From assembly GCA_046485285.1 (NCBI GenBank), contig JAWOHE010000089.1, positions 1 through 64,000 on the forward strand: a stretch of DNA of 64,000 nucleotides. Direction: 5' to 3'. Below, piece by piece: positions 28,438-37,929 of this stretch. The number at the start of each line of letters is the position of its first letter. Positions within the stretch are counted from its first letter, which is position 1. The translations under genes and the position numbers were made by a program. This stretch comes from a bacterium. Lineage in GTDB: Bacteria > Hydrothermota > Tepidihabitantia > Tepidihabitantales > Tepidihabitantaceae. Under the pieces are notes generated by a model that was not told where the DNA came from, ran no database searches, and saw only the letters and a program-made list of their open reading frames with translations.

Positions 28438-29687
28438 GCGCGCCGAAGCACGCCCGGCCGAAGGGCACCCAGGACTTCCTGCCCGGCGCGGCGGCGCGGC
28501 GGCGCCGGGTCGAGCACGCCTTCCGGCACGCGGCTGCGGCGTTCGGATTCGAGGAGATCATCACCCCGATGTTTGAGCACACCGAGGTGTTCGTGAAGTC
28601 GGCGGGCGAGGCATCCGATGTCGTGACCAAGGAGATGTACACCTTCCCGGACCGGGGCGGCCGGAGCCTGACGCTGCGGCCGGAGGGGACGCCGGGCGTC
28701 GTCCGGGCGGTGCTCGAGGAGCGGCTCAGGTTGCCGGCCCGGCTGCACTACTGCGGCCCGTTCTTCCGCTACGGCCGGCCCCAGAAGGGCCGCCTGCGCG
28801 AGTTCCACCAGCTCGGCGTCGAGGCGCTGGGCGAGGTGAACCCGGAGGCGGACGCCGAAGTAATCCTGCTCGGCCGCTGGTTCTTCGAGGACCTCGGCAT
28901 CGCCGACTGCGGGGTTCAGCTCAACTCGATCGGCTGTCGCGAGTGCCGGCCCGCCTACCGGGCCGAGCTGGTCGGGTACCTCTCCGGCCGCGCCGGGGCG
29001 CTCTGCGAGGACTGCCGGGTCCGGCTCGAGCGCAACCCGATGCGGGTGCTCGACTGCAAGAACGAGTCCTGCCGGCGTGAGGCTGAGGGTGCGCCGGCGG
29101 CGCGCAACCACCTGTGCCCGGCCTGCCGCGAGCACTTCGACAGGCTCCGGGCCGAGCTCGACCGGCGCGGCCTGCGCTACGAACTCGCCGACCGGCTCGT
29201 GCGCGGGCTGGATTACTACAACCGGACGACGTTCGAGTACGTCTCGGCCCGGCTCGGGGCGCAGGACAGCCTCGGCGGCGGCGGGCGCTACGACTACCTG
29301 TTCGAGGAGTTCGGCGGCCCGGCGACGCCGGCGGTCGGGCTGGCAATCGGGCTCGAGCGGACGATGATGGTGATGCCGGAGGCGCCGGAGCCGGCGCGGC
29401 GCCGGCTGGCGTTCGTGGTCTGGATGACCGAGGCCGAGCGGGGCGCGGCGGTCGAGCTGCTCGACCGGCTCCGGGTCGACGGCGTCCCGGCCCAGATGAG
29501 CTACGACCCGAGGCCGGCGCGGCAGTTCAAGGCCGCGGACGCGGCGCGGGCGGCCTGCTGCGTAATCATCGGCCCGGACGAGGCGGGCCGGGGCACGGTG
29601 TCGCTCAAGGACCTCGCGACCGGGACGCAGGAGGAGATTCCCCGCAACATCGTCGCGCCCGAGGCACGGGCGCTGTTCCGCGACTGA
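28434..29687 (+). CDS. hisS: Histidine--tRNA ligase
   Basis: LRPEGT, RPQKGRLREFHQ, LVRGLDYY, GGGRYD. Confidence 0.97.
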   Translation: MSAPKHARPKGTQDFLPGAAARRRRVEHAFRHAAAAFGFEEIITPMFEHTEVFVKSAGEASDVVTKEMYTFPDRGGRSLTLRPEGTPGVVRAVLEERLRLPARLHYCGPFFRYGRPQKGRLREFHQLGVEALGEVNPEADAEVILLGRWFFEDLGIADCGVQLNSIGCRECRPAYRAELVGYLSGRAGALCEDCRVRLERNPMRVLDCKNESCRREAEGAPAARNHLCPACREHFDRLRAELDRRGLRYELADRLVRGLDYYNRTTFEYVSARLGAQDSLGGGGRYDYLFEEFGGPATPAVGLAIGLERTMMVMPEAPEPARRRLAFVVWMTEAERGAAVELLDRLRVDGVPAQMSYDPRPARQFKAADAARAACCVIIGPDEAGRGTVSLKDLATGTQEEIPRNIVAPEARALFRD

Positions 29688-29772
29688 GCCGGCAGACGAC
29701 CGCCGACCATTACCCCGACGCCCGCCGCCCGACAGCGGCACGGGCGCGCCCCTGCACCGTCCGGGCGGCCGG

Positions 29773-30633
29773 CTATTCCCGGCCGGCGAGCAGGTAGTCG
29801 GCCAGCTCCGGGTGGCCGCCCGAGTTCGCGAGGAAGACCGCGACCACCCAGAGGCCATTGCCGGTCGCGGGCGGCAGGTCGAGCTCGAGCAGGCCGTCGA
29901 GGCAGCTCTCGCGGTCGCCCTCGTGTCGATTGGATGCGGACACGGCGCCGGAGTTCTCGAGACCCTTGGACCAGTCCGGCGGCGCGGCGGCAGGCCAAGC
30001 CGCGAGCGCGACCCGGCAAGCGCCGTGACTGCCGAGCCGGCAGGAGTAGTGGAGCGTCAGCCGGCGCAGGAGCCCGGCCGGCACCGGGCGGGCGACAACG
30101 AGGCGCAGGCTGTCGGTCCGCGGCTCATCGCTGACCTGCGACTTGCCGGCGATGAAGTGGAGCGTGCCGGCCGGCCTGGGCTTCGGGGCGGGCGGCGCGG
30201 GCTTCGGTTCCGGCTCGTCGCTGGTGAAGACGATTTCGATCGCCGACTTGGCGCCCGCGCGCTCCTCGGGTGTCAGGTTCCGGACCCAGCGGTCGTAGTC
30301 CTGGTCGCCCTTGAGCCGGGCGTGGTGGTGGCACATCGGGACGAGGTTCTCGACCGACAGCCGACCGCCCTGCGAGGCCGGTCTGCGTAGCGCGAGGGTC
30401 TCGAACTGGTGGTAACAGCCGGGGATGTCGCAGGTCGTGCCACGCAGGCCGATGACCGCCGACTCGAGTTCGGACGGCCAGTGGTCGCCGCCAATGTAGG
30501 CGGCGTGGTCTTCGCTCGGGGTTGGCGGGTAATCGGAGCGGTGGCAGTGGGGACAGACGTTCTCGATGCCGTGTGCCTCCCAGTCAACCGCGAGCGGGTG
30601 GCCGCACTTCGGGCAGTCGTAATGCCACATCAT
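29773..30633 (-). CDS. Zinc-ribbon plus degenerate HNH-like domain protein
   Basis: CPKC..CPHC; CDIPGC...P.SQGG...ENLVPMC..H..KG. Confidence 0.75.
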   Translation of the reverse strand: MMWHYDCPKCGHPLAVDWEAHGIENVCPHCHRSDYPPTPSEDHAAYIGGDHWPSELESAVIGLRGTTCDIPGCYHQFETLALRRPASQGGRLSVENLVPMCHHHARLKGDQDYDRWVRNLTPEERAGAKSAIEIVFTSDEPEPKPAPPAPKPRPAGTLHFIAGKSQVSDEPRTDSLRLVVARPVPAGLLRRLTLHYSCRLGSHGACRVALAAWPAAAPPDWSKGLENSGAVSASNRHEGDRESCLDGLLELDLPPATGNGLWVVAVFLANSGGHPELADYLLAGRE

Positions 30634-30764
30634 ATCCACGCCTCCGGTCTCGCGCCTGCGGGCGTTCGCCGGCGATCGCGGGCGTCCGCAGGATCGGCCG
30701 GGCGCGCCGCCCCGTCGACTCTCAACTCCTGCCCGAGGTCCGGGCAGCGATCATAGCGAAACAT
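30630..30764 (-). CDS. Small ORF (44 aa) translationally coupled to the downstream gene
   Basis: AAGGAGGGG RBS, MFRYDRCPDLGQELRVD..., stop overlaps ATG 30633. Confidence 0.5.
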   Translation of the reverse strand: MFRYDRCPDLGQELRVDGAARPADPADARDRRRTPAGARPEAWI

Positions 30765-30908
30765 GGCCCCTCCTTTGCGGTTAGCGCATCTCAGCGCGGG
30801 ACGCATCGCCCGCGCGGAACAGTATATACAAAAGCTCGACCCGATGTCAAGTGACGCGTTTGACTGCCGCTCTTGACCGAGGATAATGGGCCTTGAAAGG
30901 AGCGCCCC

Positions 30909-31484
30909 TTGAAGAGAGCTGTCCTGCTGATACTCCCCGCCCTGCTGTGCTGGGCGACCGGCTGCGTGATGACCCCGGCCCAGGTGGCCCGGTTCGGCCC
31001 GCCGCCCAACCACGCGAAATCCCCGAACTTCGACGCCCGGACGACCTGGCGGACCGCAGTCCTGCCGCCGGCCGCGGTCCAGGACGCCGATGCCGCGCCG
31101 ACCGACGGGCTGTACGACTACGCGGCGATGGCGCTGATGCGGACCGGCCGGTTCACGGTCGTCGACCGCTCGGCGGTCGACAGGCTGCTGGCCGAGCAGG
31201 AGTTCTCCTACTCCGGGGCCGCCGACCCGGCGAGCGCGGCCCGGCTCGGCAAGATGCTCGGCGCCGAGGCGGTGATGCTTGTGAGTGTCAACTCGGTGAG
31301 ACACGACGAATTCTTTTCCAACTCGCCCGAGTACCGGGAGGCCCGGCTCCACATCAAGGTGATTTCGGTCGAGACGACCGAGGTGCTGTACTCGGCCCAG
31401 GGCGAGGCCAGCAGTTTCGAGGGCGCGGCGGGCGCGCTCGAGGGCGCGCTCGAGGCGGCGCTGGCCGGCGTCAACCGTTCCTGA
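30909..31484 (+). CDS. CsgG/HfaB-like lipoprotein
   Basis: Lipobox ATGC, FTVVDRS.VD.LL.EQ, AARLGKMLGA, ISVETTEV. Confidence 0.8.
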   Translation: MKRAVLLILPALLCWATGCVMTPAQVARFGPPPNHAKSPNFDARTTWRTAVLPPAAVQDADAAPTDGLYDYAAMALMRTGRFTVVDRSAVDRLLAEQEFSYSGAADPASAARLGKMLGAEAVMLVSVNSVRHDEFFSNSPEYREARLHIKVISVETTEVLYSAQGEASSFEGAAGALEGALEAALAGVNRS

Positions 31485-31494
31485 GAGGAGAACA

Positions 31495-32478
31495 ATGAGC
31501 GTTCAACACCGGCCGTTCTTCTTCGTACTGCTCGGCCTGGCGGCCGTCCTCGGCGCCGGGTGCGCGACCGGCACCACCGGCGCGCGCGGGAGCGCGATGA
31601 CCGCGCCCGAGCCGCCGCCGACCGTCGCACCGGTCCGGCCGCCGGCGCAGTTCGAGATGCCCAGGGCCCTGCCGGTGCTGGCCGAGCCGGGCGAGGTCGT
31701 CGAACCGGTGCCCGGCGGCGGGGTCGACTGGTCGGGCCGGACGGTCCGGGCCCGGGGCTCGGGCGTCGTCGACCCGGGCGCGACCAACGTCGCCCAGGCG
31801 CGGCTGATGGCCGAGCGGGCGGCGGTCGTCGTCGCCCAGCGCAACCTGCTCGAAATCATCAAGGGCGTCCGGGTCGATTCCGAGACCAGGGTCGAGAACT
31901 TCATGACCAGCTACGACGTCGTCTACACCCGGGTCGAGGGCTTCGTCAAGGGCGCGCGCCAGCGCGGGCCGGCGAGCTACGACTCGCTCGGGGGCATCGT
32001 CGAGGTCGAAATCGAGCTTGACCTCTACGGCCCGAACGGCATCAGCGACGCGCTCGAGCCGGCAATCGGCTCGGCCGGCGCCGGGCTCGACCTGAGCTCG
32101 GTGCCGCCCGGGGTCCGCGACTTCTTCCAGCAGTACTCCGGGCTGGTCTTCGACGGCGCGGCGGCCGGGCTCAAGCCGGCGCTCTACCCGAGGATCTACG
32201 ACGCGAACGGCAACCTCCTGCTCGACACGAAGGAGTACGCGGGGTTCCTCGGCCAGGGCGGCCCGGCGGCGTTCCAGTTCGTCCAGGACCTCGACCGGGT
32301 GCTGGCGCGGCCCGAGTTCGCGCGGAGCCCGCTCGTGCTCAAGGTCCGGCAGGTGACCGGCCGGCTCGGCACCGACATCGTCCTCGGCGCGGCGGACGCG
32401 GACAAGCTCAGGTGGCTCAAGGACGGCTTCAAGTACGTCGCCGGCGTCGGCCGCCTGCTGCTCAAGGTCCTGCTCTAG
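31495..32478 (+). CDS. LPP20-like lipoprotein
   Basis: Lipobox GAGC, VDW...V.A.G, A.RAA...AQRNLLE.IKGVRVDSET. Confidence 0.7.
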   Translation: MSVQHRPFFFVLLGLAAVLGAGCATGTTGARGSAMTAPEPPPTVAPVRPPAQFEMPRALPVLAEPGEVVEPVPGGGVDWSGRTVRARGSGVVDPGATNVAQARLMAERAAVVVAQRNLLEIIKGVRVDSETRVENFMTSYDVVYTRVEGFVKGARQRGPASYDSLGGIVEVEIELDLYGPNGISDALEPAIGSAGAGLDLSSVPPGVRDFFQQYSGLVFDGAAAGLKPALYPRIYDANGNLLLDTKEYAGFLGQGGPAAFQFVQDLDRVLARPEFARSPLVLKVRQVTGRLGTDIVLGAADADKLRWLKDGFKYVAGVGRLLLKVLL

Positions 32479-32486
32479 GGGCGGCG

Positions 32487-33677
32487 ATGCGCTGGTTGCT
32501 GCTGTCAGCCGTCCTGCTCGCGGCCGGGTGCTACTACCCGGCCTACTACCCGCCGGCCGGCGCGAGCTCGGCCCCGGCCGCGGACCGGCCCGAGGTCGTG
32601 CTGGCGGGCGGGGAGGGCACCGAGGTGCTGGCCGAGGGCGCGGGGGCAATCACCGTCCCGGGCGGGATCGACATCGCCCGCGACGCCGCGGTCTCCGACG
32701 CCCTGCGCAAGGCCGTCGAGCAGGGCGTCGGCACGTTCATCGACTCCGAGACGCGGGTCGAGAACTGCCAACTGCTGTCCGACCGCATCTACTCGAAGTC
32801 GCGCGGCTACGTGTCATCCTACCGGGTCGTCACCGAGAGCCGGGACGATGGGCTCTACCGCGTCGTGGTCCGGGCGAAGGTGCGGACGAGCGACATCGAG
32901 AACGACCTCGCGGCAATCGGCATCCTGCTCCGCGAGCAGGGCCGGCCGCGACTGATGGTCGTCGTCCGCGAAGTGCCGTCGGGCCCGGACCGGGGCGGCG
33001 GCGACCCGGCGATGCTCGAGACGATGCTCATCGACGCGTTCCAGGGCCGGGGCTACCCGGTCGTCGACGCGGCGACGGTCGCCCGGAACATCGAGAAGGA
33101 ACAGCTCCGGCTGATCCTCGAGGGCGACGACCGGACCGCGATGCTGGTCGGAATGAAGACCGGCGCGGAAATCGTCGTCGCGGTCACGGCCGAGCGCTCG
33201 GTCGCGAGCCGGGTCATCGCCGGCACGGCGCGCGAGGTCTACCGGTTCCGGGTCAGTGCCCGGGCGGTCAACGTCGAGAGCGGCGAGGTGCTGGGCGCGA
33301 CGGCGCCGACGGTCGAACTGCCCTTCAGCGAGGACGAGGCCCGGCGCCGGGCCGCGGACACGACGAGCGCGGCGCTCATCAGCCGGATTCTCGGCGGCTG
33401 GACCCGGCGCGAGAACGTCACCATCATCCAGGCGTCGAACGCGACCTTCGAGCGGGTCCAGCAGCTCCGGGACGAGGTCCGCGCGAAGCTCCGCGGCGTG
33501 ACCCAGGTCATCAGCCGCGACCTGACCGGCAGCGCGGCGACGCTCGAGGTCGTCTCGGAGGCCTCGTCGCAGGAGGTCCTCGACGGACTCAGGACGCGAG
33601 GCATCGCGGTGCCGTTCGAGGTGCTGGGCCTGGCCGGCAACCGCATCGAAATCAGGTTCACCGGGGGGGCGGAGTGA
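32487..33677 (+). CDS. Lipoprotein with FlgT-N-like domain
   Basis: Lipobox AAGC, ARDAA..DALRKAVEQGVG.FI.SET.V.N. Confidence 0.75.
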   Translation: MRWLLLSAVLLAAGCYYPAYYPPAGASSAPAADRPEVVLAGGEGTEVLAEGAGAITVPGGIDIARDAAVSDALRKAVEQGVGTFIDSETRVENCQLLSDRIYSKSRGYVSSYRVVTESRDDGLYRVVVRAKVRTSDIENDLAAIGILLREQGRPRLMVVVREVPSGPDRGGGDPAMLETMLIDAFQGRGYPVVDAATVARNIEKEQLRLILEGDDRTAMLVGMKTGAEIVVAVTAERSVASRVIAGTAREVYRFRVSARAVNVESGEVLGATAPTVELPFSEDEARRRAADTTSAALISRILGGWTRRENVTIIQASNATFERVQQLRDEVRAKLRGVTQVISRDLTGSAATLEVVSEASSQEVLDGLRTRGIAVPFEVLGLAGNRIEIRFTGGAE

Positions 33678-34450
33678 GACGCGCGGCCGCGCTCGGGCTC
33701 GTCCTGCTCGCCGGGCTCGCCTGCGAGGACGGCTGGGAGACCCTGCTCGTCACCGCCCAGGTCACCCGGACGTTGGGGGTGCCGAGCAACACCGCCTCGG
33801 TGCTCATCGGCAAGGTCAGCCTCGTCAACGTCTTCTCGGACGACTGGCTCGAGACGCCGGACCCGGGCGACTCGACCTTCTGGCACCACGACCCGCTGCC
33901 GGCGCGGGTGACGCCGGTCGGCGAGGCGACGGTCCGGGTCGGCGACCGGTCGGTCGGCCAGCGCCTGCCCGGGGTCTACTTCCAGGCCGCGCTCGACCTC
34001 CGGTTCAAGGAGCGTTACGACCTTACGATCGAAACCGATGAGGGCAAGAGCGTTTCGGGTCGCGCCTGGCTGCCGGACAGCTTCGCGGTGACCGCGCCGG
34101 GCCAGGGCGCGACGCTCGACCCGGACTCGGTCCGGGTGACCTGGACCCGGTCGGACAGCGCGCACAGCTACATCGTCGCGGTCAACCCGGTCGACACGCT
34201 CAACCCGGCGCAGGGCTGGGCCGACGGGCTCACCGACACGACCTGCCTCGTGCCGCGGGCGGCGTTCGAGGACACGCTCGGCGGGCTCGCGCCGGGCGTC
34301 TTCTACGTCACGGTCAGCGCCATCAACGGCGGCTGGAAGAAGAGCACGCTCGACCTCCTGCTCGCGGGCGGCAACCTCACCGGCGCGGCCGGGACCTTCG
34401 GCTGCGCGACGATGCCGCCGCCGGTGCTCTTCACGGTCCGGGAACTCTGA
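33674..34450 (+). CDS. Hypothetical lipoprotein
   Basis: GTG overlaps the upstream stop; lipobox GLAC; beta-rich. Confidence 0.7.
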   Translation: MRRAAALGLVLLAGLACEDGWETLLVTAQVTRTLGVPSNTASVLIGKVSLVNVFSDDWLETPDPGDSTFWHHDPLPARVTPVGEATVRVGDRSVGQRLPGVYFQAALDLRFKERYDLTIETDEGKSVSGRAWLPDSFAVTAPGQGATLDPDSVRVTWTRSDSAHSYIVAVNPVDTLNPAQGWADGLTDTTCLVPRAAFEDTLGGLAPGVFYVTVSAINGGWKKSTLDLLLAGGNLTGAAGTFGCATMPPPVLFTVREL

Positions 34451-34474
34451 GCCGGGCGACCGCCGGCGCGGCGG

Positions 34475-35293
34475 TCAGCGGACGATGCGGCCGATGCGGC
34501 CGGGGCGGATGAGCCAGGGCGACAGCACGATGCGGGCGATGTTGGGCGGGTTCGACACCGCCGCGGACGAGAAGTACAGCACCAGCGGCTTGCCCCGGAC
34601 GTAGGCGAGCGGCAGCGGCCCCCAGAACCGGCTGTCCTCGGAGTCGTCGCGGTTGTCGCCCATCATGAACAGGTGGCCGGGCGGGACGACGACCGGGCCG
34701 AAATCGTCGCGGACGTAGGGCGAGAGCCGGGTCCGGAAGAACCGGTCGTCCTCCCACGAGCGCTGGAAGCCGGCCGGCCGCGGTTCGAGGCCGGGCAGGC
34801 GGCGGTAGTCGCCGTGGCTGACGTAGCGCTCGGACTGGAGCCGGCCGTTGATGAAGAGCTGCTTGTTGCGATAGGCGACGGTGTCGCCGGCGACCGCCAC
34901 GCAGCGCTTGACGAAGTTGTTCGGGATGTACCACTTGAGGGTCTGGGCCTCGCGGTCCCACCAGACCGGCAGGAGCGGGAGCCGCTCAGGGAAGATGCGG
35001 ACGAACCGGCCGGCGGGCTCGGGTACGTCCGGCTCCTGGGGGAAGCGGAAGACGACGATGTCGCCGCGCTTCGGGTTCGTGACCGGGATTATCGTCCGGT
35101 GGGTGAAGGGCAGCTTGACACCGTAGATGAACTTGTTGACGATCATGAAGTCGCCGACCTGGATGGTCTCGAGCATCGAGCCGGTCGGGACCATGAAGCT
35201 CTCGACGAGGAAGCTCCGGATGATAAGGACGGCGACAATGACCGGCCCCCACTCGCGGGCCAGCCGGACGAAGAACGAGCCGATGCGCTTCAT
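34475..35293 (-). CDS. lepB: Signal peptidase I
   Basis: VPTGSM, GDIVVF, FVKRC, MGDNRDDSEDSRFWG. Confidence 0.95.
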   Translation of the reverse strand: MKRIGSFFVRLAREWGPVIVAVLIIRSFLVESFMVPTGSMLETIQVGDFMIVNKFIYGVKLPFTHRTIIPVTNPKRGDIVVFRFPQEPDVPEPAGRFVRIFPERLPLLPVWWDREAQTLKWYIPNNFVKRCVAVAGDTVAYRNKQLFINGRLQSERYVSHGDYRRLPGLEPRPAGFQRSWEDDRFFRTRLSPYVRDDFGPVVVPPGHLFMMGDNRDDSEDSRFWGPLPLAYVRGKPLVLYFSSAAVSNPPNIARIVLSPWLIRPGRIGRIVR

Positions 35294-35415
35294 CAGAAAA
35301 ACGGGCGGCTATCCGCCTCCCTGAGGATAGACCAGCCGCGGCCGCAGTCAAGCCGGGCCGGCGGGGTTGACCCGCGAGCCGGGGCGGCTAGCCTGTTGCG
35401 CCGGGCACAACCGCA

Positions 35416-36066
35416 ATGACGACGTATCGCAGGCTCGAGCTCACCTGCCCCTGCTGCGGGGCGAAGTTCGAATCGACGACCTTCAACACGACCAACACCT
35501 TCGGGCCGATCTCGACCGAGTTCCAGCAGTTCGCGGTCGGCGCCTCGCCCCTGCCGCTGGTGATGCACGCCTGCGACGCGTGCGGCTACGCGGGCTACGA
35601 GACCGCGTTCGAGGCCGGGATGGTCGACGACGAGCTCCGGACGTGGGTCGGGCGCGAACTCACCCCGCGCCTCGCGCCGGGCGGGCGGCTCGGGGCCGGG
35701 GAGAGATACGCCCACGCCGCGATGATCGCCGGCCAGCGCGGCGAGGGCCCGGAGGCGGTTGCCGGCCTCTACCTCGCCGCGGCCTGGTGCGGCGGGCCCG
35801 GGGCGACCGACCACCGGCGCGAGGCGGCACGATGGTACGAGCGGGCCTTCGCCGAAGAATCCCTCCCGGCGGACCGGCAGGCGATCACCGCCTACCTCAT
35901 CGGCGAAATCCACCGCCGCATCGGCAACCGGGCCGAGTCCGCGGCCTGGCTCGGCCGCGTGCCCGCCATCGCCGGCAACCGGCCCGAGCTCGCCGGGCTC
36001 GTCCGGCTCGCCCGCCGCCAGCTCGACGAACCGGGCGACTACATCACCCCGCCGGCTGACCGCTAG
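35416..36066 (+). CDS. DUF2225-like zinc-binding protein
   Basis: CPCC..CDACGYA, LYL.AAW, YLIGEI.RRIG. Confidence 0.75.
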   Translation: MTTYRRLELTCPCCGAKFESTTFNTTNTFGPISTEFQQFAVGASPLPLVMHACDACGYAGYETAFEAGMVDDELRTWVGRELTPRLAPGGRLGAGERYAHAAMIAGQRGEGPEAVAGLYLAAAWCGGPGATDHRREAARWYERAFAEESLPADRQAITAYLIGEIHRRIGNRAESAAWLGRVPAIAGNRPELAGLVRLARRQLDEPGDYITPPADR

Positions 36067-36082
36067 CACGCGCCCCTTCCCC

Positions 36083-36262
36083 TTGACTGCCCGGGCCTGA
36101 CCGCTATGCTGGCGCACGATGATCAGGGCTCTCGCGCCCGACTCGCTCATGCGGCTGGTCGAGACCTTCGACCGCAACCTCGCCACGACGGACAAGCAGA
36201 TTGACGCGCTGGTGAATGAGGTGTATGGGCTGACGGAGGGGGAGATGAGGATTGTAGAATGT
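36083..36262 (+). repeat. Copy 2 of promoter/leader element with type IIG R-M C-terminal fragment
   Basis: TTGACT-16-TATGCT-ggcgcacgatgatcagggct...; encodes ATTDKQIDALVNEVYGLTEGEMRIVE. Confidence 0.7.
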
Positions 36263-36387
36263 GCTGACCGCTGGGCGCGGCGGGCAGGTGCGTGTCGCGC
36301 GACTATGGCGACCGTGGCCGGGTCCAATTGGGGGGACTGCGGCAAGGCAACGCCCGGACCGTCGGCCCCGGGTCGCCGGGTAGTTGC

Positions 36388-36645
36388 GTGACAGACCCAG
36401 ACCTTTAGCAGACTGTAATCACGGCGTCTGAGGTCAACCGGTACTTCTACTGCCCGTACGCGTGGTGGTACGGGGACCGTGAGGTGGGGGCGGAGCGGAG
36501 GAAGCAGTTGAGGCGCGGACTGGACTATCACGCCCGGGTGGCCGGGTCCGCCGCCGCGCCGGCTCGCTGGGGCAGGCTGTTGCCCATCGCGGCCGTCGCG
36601 CTCGCGGCCGTCGCAATGGTCCTGCGCTTCTTCGGGGTCTGGTGA
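36388..36645 (+). pseudogene. N-terminal half of split Cas4-like nuclease with C-terminal TM helix (in-frame TAG at 36406-36408)
   Basis: VITASEVNRYFYCPYAWWY...RRGLDYH...LLPIAAVALAAVAMVLRFFGVW; absent from the ORF track. Confidence 0.7.
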
Positions 36646-37190
36646 TGGCCGGCTACATCCTGCTCATCCTGGCCGGGCTCTGCCTGCTGTTGTGGCTTGC
36701 CCTGCCGCTCGTGTTCCCGCGTCGGGTCGCGGGCCTTCCACACGGCGAGGTTGTCTATTCCGGCCACGACAGCCGCGCAGAGTCCCTGCACGCGCCCGGC
36801 TTCGGCCTCTCCGGCAAGCCGGATTACGTCGTCAGGCAAGGCGAGGAGCTGGTCCCGGTGGAGCCCAAATCGGGCCGGGCTTCGAAGAAGCTGTACGACT
36901 CCGTCAGGATGCAGGTCATCGCGCAGGCGCTGCTGGTCGAGGCCGAGTTCGGGAAGCGCCCGACCCACGGCCTCGTCAAGTACCCGACGCGGACCTATAG
37001 GGTCGACGTGACGCCGCAGGACGTTGCCCGGCTCGAGGAAGCGCTCCAGGTGATGCGCCACGCCCGCGAGACGGGCATGGCACCAGACGCGCCGACGCCC
37101 CGGCACCTCTGCCCGACCTGCACGCGCGAGGCGTGTCCGAAGCGGGCCGGAGACAGGCAAGCAGCTCGCTCAACCCGCCCGACATCCTGA
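36645..37190 (+). CDS. Cas4-like PD-(D/E)xK nuclease with N-terminal TM helix
   Basis: LSGKPDY, PVEPKSG, QVIAQALL, CPTC....C; TGATG coupling to the upstream ORF. Confidence 0.85.
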   Translation: MAGYILLILAGLCLLLWLALPLVFPRRVAGLPHGEVVYSGHDSRAESLHAPGFGLSGKPDYVVRQGEELVPVEPKSGRASKKLYDSVRMQVIAQALLVEAEFGKRPTHGLVKYPTRTYRVDVTPQDVARLEEALQVMRHARETGMAPDAPTPRHLCPTCTREACPKRAGDRQAARSTRPTS

Positions 37191-37269
37191 CCCGCCAAAC
37201 GGCGTCCAAGACCCGGCGCTTCTTGGCCTGAATCCTGACCGAGACCCCTAACCCCTATCCCCACCCGCA

Positions 37270-37360
37270 TCCCCGGAGCGGTCCCCGGGGCGGTCCCCGG
37301 GGCCGTCCCCGGGGCGGCCCCCGGAACCGTCCCGGGGATATCCCCGGGGATATCCCCCCC
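37270..37360. repeat. 12-bp tandem repeat (about 7-8 units of tccccggggcgg)
   Basis: Directly visible. Confidence 0.85.
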
Positions 37361-37929
37361 TGCCGTCAAAGCCCAGCCGGTGTGCGACTTACGTTTCGGT
37401 GCCCAAAAAGGGTCCTGCGAGCGTCTCCTGCCCGACTACCCAGGGAGGGACTTGGCCCGAAGGTGCTGGCTGGGTCCGCCGCGACGTCTTCAGAGTCGCG
37501 GCCCGGAGGCGGAGGAGGGGAGAAACGACCTCTGACGTCAGATTGCCGAGGCGCATTGCAGAAGGAGAGGGATTTCAGGGGGTGTGTGCGAGGACAATGG
37601 CGCGGACTGGAGGCAAAGATACAGAGGAAGACGAGCGCGGAACGATGAGCGATGAATTCTGGACCATGGACCATGAACGACTGCCTGCACGGGTCGGAAA
37701 GGGATTTCTCCACATCGAACCGGAGAAACACCAAGACACAAAAACCCGGCGCGGCGCGCCGGGAGTCCTCAGGACGAATAAGGCCTCTTCCTCTTACCCA
37801 CGCCGAAGGCGCGGTTTCACGGCGGCCCAGGCCACCGGGCTCCTGGTGCCTTGGCGGTTGGTCCTGCCCGGCCGCGGCGTGGAGGCGGCCGGGGCTTGAC
37901 AGACGAGGCCGGGGCAGGAAGATGGTAGG

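Noticed and set aside
36083-37450. CRISPR array near the Cas4-like gene
   Set aside because: The 12-bp repeats have no spacers, and no cas1, cas2 or repeat-spacer array is in the window
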